Source: Eledone cirrhosa
Lineage: Eukaryota
Length of the DNA stretch: 64,000 bases
Direction of reading: 5' to 3'
Assembly: GCA_964016885.1 (NCBI GenBank)
Contig: OZ024746.1
Span: forward strand, 32,612,001-32,676,000
The notes beneath the pieces are model-generated. The model was not told where the DNA came from. It searched no databases and worked only from the letters and a program-made list of their open reading frames with translations. The translations under genes were made by a program, and so were the position numbers. Below are positions 38,201-49,417 of the stretch, piece by piece. The stretch's first letter is position 1. Each line of letters starts with the position of its first letter.

Positions 38201-38691
38201 ACCGAGGGGCTCTACCCGTTCGAGAGAGGCTCTACAGACACGGGCGCCCGGGCAGGGATCCCTCAAAAAAGATTTGCCCTAGATGCGTGCGTCACGAAGA
38301 AACCGTGGCGCACGCATTGGTGCAATGTCCGGGCGTGGCTGATCTGTGGGGCTACGCCGAACAACTGCTGTCGCGGGTGGCGCCGATTAAATTGACCGCC
38401 GAGTCCGTGATGACAATCAAACCGCCTCCCCTCTTCACAAAGGAAGCAAAGGCGGTTTTTCTGTGCGTAATAGCCATGTTGAAAGAGGTTGTTTGGTGGA
38501 CACGATTGAAAGGTCTGAGGTCAGGCAACTTCCTCTCTGGCCATAGTCTGGTCTACTTCTTCCGATATCACTTCGGAAGGAGGATAAGAATGGAGAGAGA
38601 GGTGCTTGGCCACAGGCAGTTTTATGAAAGGTGGGTGATAGTGGCGAGAATGGCTCGTGTAAATGGGCCTTCTCTGTATACCATCCTGTAG
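35254..38691 (+). CDS. Tx1 ORF2: APE endonuclease, reverse transcriptase and CCHC (1145 aa)
   Basis: CLNARGL, GDWND, SYLDR, TDH; LDQSKAFDRVDH, IRQGCPLS, AYADD; CPRC..ETVAHALVQC. Confidence 0.95.
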   Translation: MDVLRVGCLNARGLGSTWKQAKLLNDLRSCSINVMVICETRISVMRQLAPTFDDFEVHASLCQPGGGGGVVVLLQKHLGLAVQVVHSDPEGRLLVLDVGSSESAALRLVAVYSPFGAERPDFFQRLETFLGTSRSLLLAGDWNDILDARWDYAGACPNRGGCNSLKGLLDRFNLVDRYRLDFPTVPTWTWRNHSGQSRSYLDRFLVRSKDRDILSCPEMRTVGYTDHKLVTCVVNLEKTHRQGPGYWKLNLSLPAKETYRNRISRLVKERLTGAIVNNRWWASLKREIRTESISYSKMLAANRNRNEKELTGKLEEAIKSEDVARVLASRTALNQFFDAKHEGCVIRSKIRALGNEGAKAVGWARVTEAKSGNRSTIRSLQDEDGRVIREPKQMCEAFQKHFARLFGGGEGPGRGVDFGPYLDGLPRLSNKEAESCEGPISADEIGDALSQCSRRKSPGLDGIPYELYLAMPVFFSELLEAVYCNWQQNGRIPCSVAKGVVTLVRKDENKGDSINNFRPITLLNTELKILAKVLAKRLALVVGGLVGDAQTCAIPSRSIHDNLHLMRYIIERVGNKPGFGGALINLDQSKAFDRVDHGYLDAVLAAAGFGPVFRGWITALHSNHICSRIKVNGYLSKPFEITRSIRQGCPLSSLLYVLTLEPLLRKLELLQGIPLEPGLSKAVSAYADDVTVMVSTDSEIEAIGTLLEEYERLSGAKLNREKSIGLQLGTWRGRPMPPDGVVGHWTEGPVKLLGVWFGPDLQVEKNWNEVTNKVFALTQKWAKCKLSLKGRAEVANIYIASVTYYRLTVVPCPKETLTTMERMLFQFLWKKRPPMVRRSICCQQPSKGGLGMPWLMMRRHALRLRHLQVFLTGQPVWAPFVKRAFPRLVSLTELQSWVKQRSGKLGDWHTECAQALRALWQAGRAIGGESTSSFYRGLVASRGDDTLGKSLDMEEDELASLFGRTFGPGPMDNFQKSLAWQCYRGALPVRERLYRHGRPGRDPSKKICPRCVRHEETVAHALVQCPGVADLWGYAEQLLSRVAPIKLTAESVMTIKPPPLFTKEAKAVFLCVIAMLKEVVWWTRLKGLRSGNFLSGHSLVYFFRYHFGRRIRMEREVLGHRQFYERWVIVARMARVNGPSLYTIL

Positions 38692-38994
38692 GTAAAGAAG
38701 TAAAGGAGAGGGGAGCACCTTCTCCATGTGCTCCCCGGGCAAAGGATTGCACACTTTTTCGGGGGTGTGTGCAACCCCCATCACGTCCCCTCCCTTTTGA
38801 GGTCATTTTCGATTATTTTCATGTTACACCCTTTTTACTCGATTATATGTAAACTCCCCCTTTGTATTTGTCCCTTCTTTTTATGCCTTTATGGTAAATA
38901 AAGAAATCTATCTATCTATCTATATATTTATCTATCTGTTTATCAATCTATCTATGAAGCTCCCCCTCTCTCTCTTTATATATATATATGTATA

Positions 38995-39048
<54 letters not shown>

Positions 39049-39125
39049 TATATGTATATATATATATAAATATACACACAAAAATACATATATATTCATT
39101 ATGTATATATTTATATGTGTATTTT

Positions 39126-39213
<88 letters not shown>

Positions 39214-39339
39214 TCTATATATATATATTTATACACAAAAATAAACACACATATATATATATACATAATGAATATATATGTATTTTTGTGTGTATATTTA
39301 TATATATGTATGTATGTATATGTATGTATGTATGTATAT

Positions 39340-39374
<35 letters not shown>

Positions 39375-41059
39375 CATGTGTGTGTATGCGTATGTTAAGG
39401 AAGAAGGAGGCGAGAGAAAGGCGAGGGAAACATTGATATGTGTTATATATGTTTTTAATATATTTATGCATATATTTAAGTATATATTTATTTATATGTT
39501 GGAGAGTGAACATATAAGTGCACTAGTGAACAGATATGTATTTAAATCAATGTAAGCTTATGTTCACGGTTAATATATGAGGTTCTACATGCTTTCTTTT
39601 CTTTCATAAAAATATACGCATACATTTCTCTAATGAAGAATTCAGTACACATTCATGCACACTTAATCCCATACCAACATGCAGATAGACACACTCACAT
39701 ACACACATTATATGCATAACCGAAATTTTGAAGATTTCCAAAGTTATGTATTAAAATACGAAAATATATAAAATGTGAAATTTGGTGTTTAGCTCTATAT
39801 TAACCCTGATCGAACGGATGTACAGCCATGACAGTACCGTATTGTTTTAAGATATAGTGTATTTAAGACTCCATTATCTAATGTGTTTGGTTTTAAACCG
39901 GTAGAGTGTGATCTGCGTAATGTTTAGCTGTGTTACTACTAATAGATGCAGCGATAGCATAAAGGATCACGTATTGACTCCCTAATGTCAAGTGGATTTT
40001 TAAGCTGACACGAATATTAGATTGTAATATAGATAGTTTGAAATATATCACTGTCATTGGGCTGTATCCGGAGCTAAAAGTTTAATTCTTTCCGACCGAG
40101 TGTAACTAATTATATGCAAGAAGACTTAAATTAACGCGTCTCGTTGGCCTTCAGAGCTAAGTTCAACACCTCTGGGAGATATAGCTTACCGAGGGAATGA
40201 TTTTATGTCATGCTCGCTTGCTTTAGATAACATTGCCTGCAATCTTCTCTTGTACCCTTTTGACCTAATTTATCAAGAAATTTACTCCACCAAAATGTTA
40301 ACGCATGTAAAAGTCGAAACCAAATTATAAAACACCGAAATACACTAACTCCTTGTAAATCTGAAGCTGGTTTTGTTATATTTCCTTCAACTCCATTAAA
40401 ACAATTTACTCATTTTGTCTTGGAACAGCGAAACTATGTTAATTTTCTCTGTAGGCATGACAGCTGCTTTAAACTCGCTTAGAATTCTGTTTCTAACACT
40501 GACATCATTATAACACATAAGAATTTCGGAACTCTATGATTTAACTTTAACTACTGCATTAGAATAGAGTTCTATTTCTTAGTTTTGTTTTAACAACAAC
40601 CAGCAAAGTAAAGATTTTAACAGCAGCATGTCTTAATGGAACCACAAATGCTAATGCATAATTTGCCAACTGCTTAGATATTGCAGTGCTTAGAGACAAT
40701 CTCACAAAACTTTAAAATAGAAAATATTATCTTGTCCTTATCAATTCCTGATCAATTTCACGTAAATAAATTAACGGAAAATTGACTAAAACTAGTTTCA
40801 ATAATGTTGACAAAATTATGGCAAAAAGCCAAACGTAAATGTTATTTCTGTTTAAAATAACAAATTGTGGAAATTTAATAAAACTCATGCCAACTGAATA
40901 ACCTGACACTGGGGTAAATGCATATTCGGTGATATGAAGACTAGCAAAACATTTTATTGGTGGCCAGTTGGTTAGCGTCATAAGAGCGTCGGATAGAATA
41001 CGTTGTATAATTTGTTCTGACTCCACGCTTTGACTTCAAATACCGCTGCGTGGCTGATT

Positions 41060-41440
41060 TCACGAGTGATGGACGGCAGGAGGTTAAATTAAATGCAAGA
41101 ATTGCTGGAGCTGCTGCAGTTATGTGGCAGCTTCAGCAATTGATTATCATAACACGTGACGTAGGTGTAAAAACCAAACTCATAATATTCAATTCGCTAA
41201 TCTTGGGGAGTGATCGAAAGAATATGATTGCGAATATAATCTGCCAAAATTAGATTTCTCCGAAGGGCCTTTGGAGTAACGTTAGAGTGCATAGCTCGGA
41301 AATCAGGGAGGCGCTGCAGGTAAAGCCGCTACTTATCTGGATCGAGAGATCACAATGCCGCTTCTTCGGATAGAATAACTAAGGAAAGAACCGCTGGACA
41401 TTTTTACGGAGACTTAGTGGTAGACCACAAACATGATAAT
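41060..41440 (+). pseudogene. RTE-clade LINE 3' fragment
   Basis: SDGRQEVKLNARIAGAAAVM..L..KTKLIIFNS; downstream FLRR..G, SSEIREALQVKPLLIWIERSQ. Confidence 0.7.
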
Positions 41441-41652
41441 TGAATAACATCTATGTTTTGATTGGAGAAAAAAAGTGCACCTGGTTTATATATATATAAA
41501 TGATCTTTATGACATTTATAGAAAAATGTTTAGCAAGAAAATGTTTAGCAAAGCTCGCTTTCTCCGTGCTGGATTATTATCAAAACATTTGTTATTGGGT
41601 TAAATTGTTTTTTCTCGTTAAAACTCCTGTATCTCTATGCTGATTCTCAACC

Positions 41653-41777
<125 letters not shown>

Positions 41778-41800
41778 CATGCATACATATGTATATATGA

Positions 41801-41839
<39 letters not shown>

Positions 41840-41867
41840 TATACATACATGCATACATATGTATATA

Positions 41868-41949
<82 letters not shown>

Positions 41950-42043
41950 TGGGTGTGTTTGTGTGTGTGTGTGCAAGGTGTATGAATAGAACAATGAAAA
42001 AAAAAAAACCGGAAGTGAGAGGTAGATAGTTAATTAGTCGAAT

Positions 42044-42172
42044 GTTTTACGATCATTTCCGAGCGTCGATTGATCGTGGAAGATCGATGTATCGATTAGC
42101 ATGGTAGTGGTTACGTGACTACCTATTTCTACTCTCGAAATTCCTGTTTGATCGACCATCTTCTTCAGAAAC
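42044..42172 (-). ncRNA. type I hammerhead-like motif with extended stem II, adjacent to (TA)n
   Basis: Minus strand GTTT-CTGAAGA-[~100 nt including GTCGAT/ATCGAC]-GAAA-TGATCG-TA-AAAC. Confidence 0.55.
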
Positions 42173-42174
42173 TC

Positions 42175-42271
<97 letters not shown>

Positions 42272-42279
42272 ATGTGTGA

Positions 42280-42635
42280 AATCCTGAGTTGAAACCGATT
42301 TTGTTATATCTGGGGATGGTCATGTTGCCAGTATTGTCAATAAAAAAAACAGATGCGCCATCTGATTTTCACCTTTTCACTTTATTTTTATACCTAGTTA
42401 TCAACGTTATCAACGTTATCAACGTTATCAACGTCCTTTCGTCACACATACTGTGACCTCCTCAATGGCTATCTGTTCTTTTTCCACCTCCCCTTCTTTC
42501 TGGTCTTAATCTGTTAGCCCATCCTGTTTTTTGTTTTGTCTTTTGATAAAGTGACCAATAAGTAGCAATAAAAATAAAATGAAAAAGTTAAAATCAGACG
42601 ATGCATGTGTTTTTTTTTATCCTAAATATAACAAT
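42280..42635. mobile_element. degenerate PLE pLTR-like inverted structure
   Basis: Imperfect inverted arms at about 42340-42390 and 42570-42620; decayed hammerhead on minus strand TTGAGGA-gGTCACA..TGTGAC-GAAA (about 42432-42470). Confidence 0.5.
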
Positions 42636-42679
42636 ATATACATACATACATACATACACACGGACACACACGTGCGCAC

Positions 42680-43052
42680 ACACACACATATGCATTAATT
42701 TACCTCGATTTTCAGGTGTTCAAAAGGACTTTATGAGCAATGTTTGCGATCGGGTTCACCCCAGTGAAGCTGGTAAAGTTATCATGGAAGTCATATACAA
42801 AATGTTACCAATTATGGTCTCTTCGGCATTTGTTCCTCGAAGTTTTGAAAACAATGTGTCTTGGCCTGTGGACCCCAGTGTCATTTGAAAGCTCACCAAA
42901 TAAAACAGAGAACCATAATGGAAGTAATGTTCATCACAGCAATTTATGCAGAGAGGAATGTAAAGCCTTGGCAGGGCTGAAGAGTCATATTCGTGCCACC
43001 CATGTGTGTGATCACGTGGTGGCAATTCTTCAAATCGAGATGCAGCCATAAC
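42680..43052 (+). pseudogene. RTE/BovB-like LINE 3' end with C2H2-like motif and (CA)n tail
   Basis: CREECKALAGLKSHIRATH; terminal GTGGCAATTCTTCAAATCGAGATGCAGCCAT resembles the termini at 56628-56660. Confidence 0.55.
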
Positions 43053-43474
43053 ACGCACAACACACACATACACACACACACACACACACGTACACACACA
43101 CAGACACATACACACACACACATATACACACACTCACACAGACAGACAGACAGACAGACACACACACACAGGTACACACACACACACATACACACAGAGA
43201 CACACACACGCACACACACACACTCACACAGACACACACAGACACACACAGACACACACACACACACAGACACACAGGCACACACACACGCGCACACACA
43301 CACACAGACACACACACAGACACACAGACACACACACGCACATGCACACACATACACACACGCACACACACACATAGACACAAACAAACCAACACACACA
43401 TATATATGTATATACATACAACTATATCACCATAGCGCAGGCAAACGTACACACGCATACATGAATATATATAC

Positions 43475-43558
<84 letters not shown>

Positions 43559-43575
43559 GGAAATTTAGTAAAATC

Positions 43576-43775
43576 NNNNNNNNNNNNNNNNNNNNNNNNN
43601 NNNNNNNNNNNNNNNNNNNNNNNNNNNNNNNNNNNNNNNNNNNNNNNNNNNNNNNNNNNNNNNNNNNNNNNNNNNNNNNNNNNNNNNNNNNNNNNNNNNN
43701 NNNNNNNNNNNNNNNNNNNNNNNNNNNNNNNNNNNNNNNNNNNNNNNNNNNNNNNNNNNNNNNNNNNNNNNNNNN
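43576..43775. other. assembly gap (200 N)
   Basis: Direct reading. Confidence 0.99.
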
Positions 43776-43884
43776 GAACCCTGGAACGAACCGAACCCCT
43801 ACACAGCATATCTGACAGTTTTGGGTCAAGATTTCCGACATTATCACCTCATTACCACCATAATGTTATAGCTTTATCAACGCG

Positions 43885-44612
<728 letters not shown>

Positions 44613-44762
44613 TAACTACCAACTTATCGTTCACAAACTTAACAGTATTTAGTGAAATGCTGTAAATAAATGGCTACCACTTTTACCTCAAGTCGACGCC
44701 ATATTGTTTTTCTTCTCAGATTGTTATAGTGATGTTATAGCAGTTTCCTGCTGCTACTAAGG

Positions 44763-44784
44763 CTGTTGTTGTTGTTGATGATGG

Positions 44785-44816
<32 letters not shown>

Positions 44817-44925
44817 GTGATGATGATGTTAATGATGATGAGGATGCTGCTGCTTGTGATGCTGCTGTTGATGATGAGGATGATGATGGTGGTGGTGGAA
44901 GTGATGGTGTTATTGTTGGTGGTGG

Positions 44926-44965
<40 letters not shown>

Positions 44966-45047
44966 AATGATGGTGATGTTGCTGATGATAATGGTGATTG
45001 TGGTGGTGGAGATGATGGTATGATTGTTGCTGTTGATAATGATGGCA

Positions 45048-45078
<31 letters not shown>

Positions 45079-45151
45079 TGGTGGTTATGGTGATGATGAT
45101 AATGATGATGATGATGATGATGATGATGATTATGGCGATGATGGCTATGGC

Positions 45152-45185
<34 letters not shown>

Positions 45186-45285
45186 GTGGTTATGGTGATG
45201 ACGGCTATGCCGATGATGATGGTGATGATGATGATGATGATGATGATGGTGGTTATGGTGATGACGGCTATGCCGATGATGATGG

Positions 45286-45328
<43 letters not shown>

Positions 45329-45330
45329 AA
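44763..45330. repeat. (ATG)n-derived degenerate tract
   Basis: Direct reading. Confidence 0.95.
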
Positions 45331-45687
45331 AGGATGTTGATATAGTTATCACAATCAAGATCTTTTTATCACGTTGTGTTATTTTTAATGTCTTGATGTT
45401 AGTATTTCAACACTGTTCTTCCTGCTTGTATTCTTCTTTCAAACCATCCTTTGATCATCACATTACACCTGAATTTACATACACACACATACGTGACTAA
45501 GAATCGCTTCAGGTGTGTTTTCGTTTAATTTCATCGTTACTTCGTCAGGTTTCTTTGAATATTATTCTTTTTATTTCCCGATTTATTCTCACTCACCCTA
45601 ACTACAGACATACCAACATATGTAAATTCCTACGTAAGTAACATAACAGTCGATGCACGTAACCACCCACATAGCTACCAATTTACA

Positions 45688-45775
<88 letters not shown>

Positions 45776-45814
45776 CACTGATCATTATCCTTTTCTCGCT
45801 ATATATATATAGCT

Positions 45815-45863
<49 letters not shown>

Positions 45864-46458
45864 TAAATATGTGCACACAGACAGACAGACAGACATACAC
45901 ACACACGTACATGCACACAAACACACTGACCACACACACATACATACACACAGACCACACATACTTATTCACATAAACTGTTATATATGCAAATAGAAGA
46001 GAGATGCACTCAATGATTTCTGAAAGATTCCTATTGTTAACAAACGAGATAAATGTTGATATTTGCGCAGGAATTATTAAGGTGTCGGATCTGGAAAACG
46101 TTACATTATTGAAAACAACTGCATTGGATAGCTTCAAATAAATGAGGACACCCCAGGAACTATGCTTATTACCCACCTTCATTACAGCTTGTCGGCAACA
46201 GATTTGCAAGGAATCGCGTGTCTTCTGACTAAACTGGCAATGAACACCTTAGACAAAATCCTAAACGTTTCAATGATACACCCCTTGTTCTTCCTCGGCG
46301 TCATCACTACTTTCAGGTTAACACAGCAGGGAATATTCTTAGTCTGCTGTTGGAAAATCGCATTCAACTACATGGAGTCGAAGAGAAGGCACCCATACTT
46401 CATTAAACTATTACTAGTAGTATTACTAGTAGTATTACTAGTAGTATTACTAGTAATA

Positions 46459-46647
46459 AGGACGGTGGATTGTCAGTATTGGTAGAGGGTCAGACGCCAT
46501 GCTTTAACGCACAGAGTTACGGCCCGTGCCATTCTGAGTTCAAATCCCACCGAGGTTAACTTTGCCTTTCATCCTTACGGGGTCGATAAAATAAAGTACC
46601 AGTAATGCACTGTGTAATTGCTGGCCTTGTGCCAAAAAGTAGAAACA
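46459..46647 (+). mobile_element. Nin/Deu-domain SINE with 16-bp TSD
   Basis: AGTATTACTAGTAATA on both flanks. Confidence 0.9.
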
Positions 46648-47103
46648 AGTATTACTAGTAATAGACTAACTGTAGTACTAATACATAGACTTAGTCTATG
46701 CCACATACGCTCCTCCCTGGTCTTCCGTACTTTAATGTTTAAAACAACGCATCTTAGCTCGACGCTCGTGTTTCCTGTGAAGAAGCGGTCGTACGTCGTT
46801 ATCACCGCTAGTGCAAAGTTCGTGATGCTTTTTCTAATCGTTGTTTCTAAGCAGATGACTAATTTATTGTCATCCACTAATTTATTGTCTACTATCAACA
46901 ATTTTTAAAAAAAATAATCTTAATGACGTTGTTAATCTGCTTATCCGATCGTTGCACACTTTCCGTGCTGGGAATAAGTGTTTAGCTTTCAGTACGGAAA
47001 GCATGTTCTTCGCATCTTTAAGTTGATGGCGAAGATGGCTCACTTTCAGCCCGTGTAGCTAAGCAGCAGAAATTATAATTATACATTGACTTAAGAAATA
47101 ATT

Positions 47104-47308
47104 GTTTCTACTTTAGGCACAAGGCCAGCAATTACCCAGTGCATTACTGGTACTTTATTTTATCGACCCCGTAAGGATGAAAGGCAAAGTCAACCTCGGC
47201 GGGATTTGAACTCAGATCGTAAAGGGACGTAACTATGCTGGAAAGCACGGCGTCCGACCCTCTACCCATACTCCCAATAAGATTCAAAGATACTGCCAAT
47301 CCACGGCC
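47104..47308 (-). mobile_element. Nin/Deu-domain SINE with 14-bp TSD
   Basis: CTTAAGAAATAATT at 47090 and 47309. Confidence 0.9.
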
Positions 47309-47639
47309 CTTAAGAAATAATTACGTTACGTTACAATTTCGGATAATCCGATGCCTTTTGTGACATTGGGCATTATGTGGAACACACCTGAAATTCTGAT
47401 GATAGGCACCATACAGTTAGACTATCAGGAGGTAATGTGTACATACATTAACCAGAAATCGGTGCACTTACTACTCGGCACTTGGAGAAAAATAAAGAAA
47501 GAATGTTTTGTTATATTTTTAAACGCCATATGTAATTCTTCACCCATTGTCTTTATATTCTGTTCTTGTATACTTCCAATTAACCCTGTGCTCTTGTGAC
47601 AAATAAAGGAATGATTACTATTATCATTGCTGTTGCTGT

Positions 47640-47714
<75 letters not shown>

Positions 47715-47724
47715 CATTATTATT

Positions 47725-47912
47725 ACTTTGTCACGCAGTGTACAGGGAAAATGCACCGGAGTATTTAATCATCTGCCAAGTCACAACAAGGACCTTAGAC
47801 ATAATACTTTATTTAAAATGTGTGCAGTGCTTGGTAAGGCTGATTTTTGTATGACACCAATCTTGCATGGTATTCCTAACCGCTTTAAGAATCTTGGAGT
47901 TTCAATGGGATT
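47725..47912 (-). pseudogene. R4/Dong-like LINE extreme 3' end next to (TAG)n
   Basis: FLKRLGIPCKIGVIQKSALPSTAHILNKVL resembles the RLE C-terminal LQK..LLGTA.ILRKVL motif. Confidence 0.65.
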
Positions 47913-48034
47913 AAATCTAATGCTTCGATCAAATCCCGCCGAGGTTTGCTTTGCCTTTCATTCTGACATGGTCGATAAAATAAAGTACCAGTAACGCACT
48001 TTCTTTCGCTTTTTTATTGTTTGTTTCTGTCTGT

Positions 48035-48188
48035 TTCTTCTTCTTCTTCTTCTTCTTCTTCTTCTTCTTCTTCTTCTTCTTCTTCTTCTTCTTCTTCTTC
48101 TTCTTCTTCTTCTTCTTCTTCTTCTTCTTCTTCTTCTTCTTCTTCTTCTTCTTCTTCTTCTTCTTCTTCTTCTTCTGCTTCTTCTTCT
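48035..48188. repeat. (CTT)n microsatellite
   Basis: Direct reading. Confidence 0.95.
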
Positions 48189-48555
48189 ATTGTTGTTTTC
48201 GGAGTAGCTGGACGTGATTTTTTGCAAGGTACGAAGGATTTAATTGGTCCGAATAATGGATTAGAAAAAAAATAAAATGCTGAAATACTTTGCAAGCAAG
48301 CGGTTTTCTGAAACTGTAGTTTGCTTCTTACCGAAATAAACACTGGCAGCTGAGCGCTTTAGACACGTTGTATTTCTCTTTGGAGATATCCTAAACAATG
48401 GCGTCTGGGAAAACAACAAAGGAATACACCCTCAAAACAAACAGATGAATATTTGTAGCAAATAGATTGAAAAACATTTTATTACAACAAAACATACTAA
48501 AAAAATATTACATAGTGGAACAAAATACCGACTTTATTTGCAGTAGTAGGAGTGC

Positions 48556-48722
<167 letters not shown>

Positions 48723-49008
48723 GAGAGATTCACACATGCATACACGTATACAAACACATGTATACAAATACACGCATACAAATACACGTATACACACACA
48801 TATACACAAATACGCACATACAGAAACAAATAAACAAGCATTCAAACTTTAAGAAGTGAAGGCGTTATGATTTAGAGTTAATTTTTTTCTTTGCATTCCA
48901 GTGCCATTAATAACAACACAATATTTTGATAAGGGTGAATCAGCAGCAGAAAAACGTCGAGTTATCCGACGAAGGAAATTACTATTCCATCTGTCTACGT
49001 TATCAAGG

Positions 49009-49082
<74 letters not shown>

Positions 49083-49245
49083 GGTGAGTGAAGAACACAG
49101 GAGCGTTATTTGTAGCAATGAAGCATAAGGTAAAGTAGCACTGCGTGAAATTTGGAGGAATATTACTGGTTGTATTCTTTTCTCTACGTTGGCTTATACG
49201 ATTTCCTGCATCTTTTAATTAATTCCCAAGTTATCTATCATTATA

Positions 49246-49417
49246 GCAGACTAGTCAACTCTCCCTGTCCGCCGGGAAGATCTCCCATCATCTTTGGGGT
49301 GGATAAGAGATGTCTTTTCTTGTAAAATCTCCCCATTTTCCCCATTTCTTCCTGTTTAGGGGCCCTTTTTTTCAAAATACTCCCCAATTGGATTTTTTAG
49401 AGGTTGGCAGGTCTGCT
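49246..49417. mobile_element. short DNA-transposon MITE
   Basis: Imperfect TIR AGCAGACTAGTCAACTCT / AGAGGTTGGCAGGTCTGCT. Confidence 0.55.

Larger units (their letters stand above)
33113..38907 (+). mobile_element. near-full-length Tx1/L1-clade LINE #2 inserted in (ATCT)n
   Basis: (ATCT)n at 33080-33105 and from 38906; 5' UTR, ORF1 with one frameshift, intact ORF2, AATAAA. Confidence 0.92.

Noticed and set aside
27263-38395. Antisense and alternative-frame ORFs within the Tx1 elements
   Set aside because: Shadow ORFs of GC-rich coding sequence; their similarity simply mirrors ORF2 conservation
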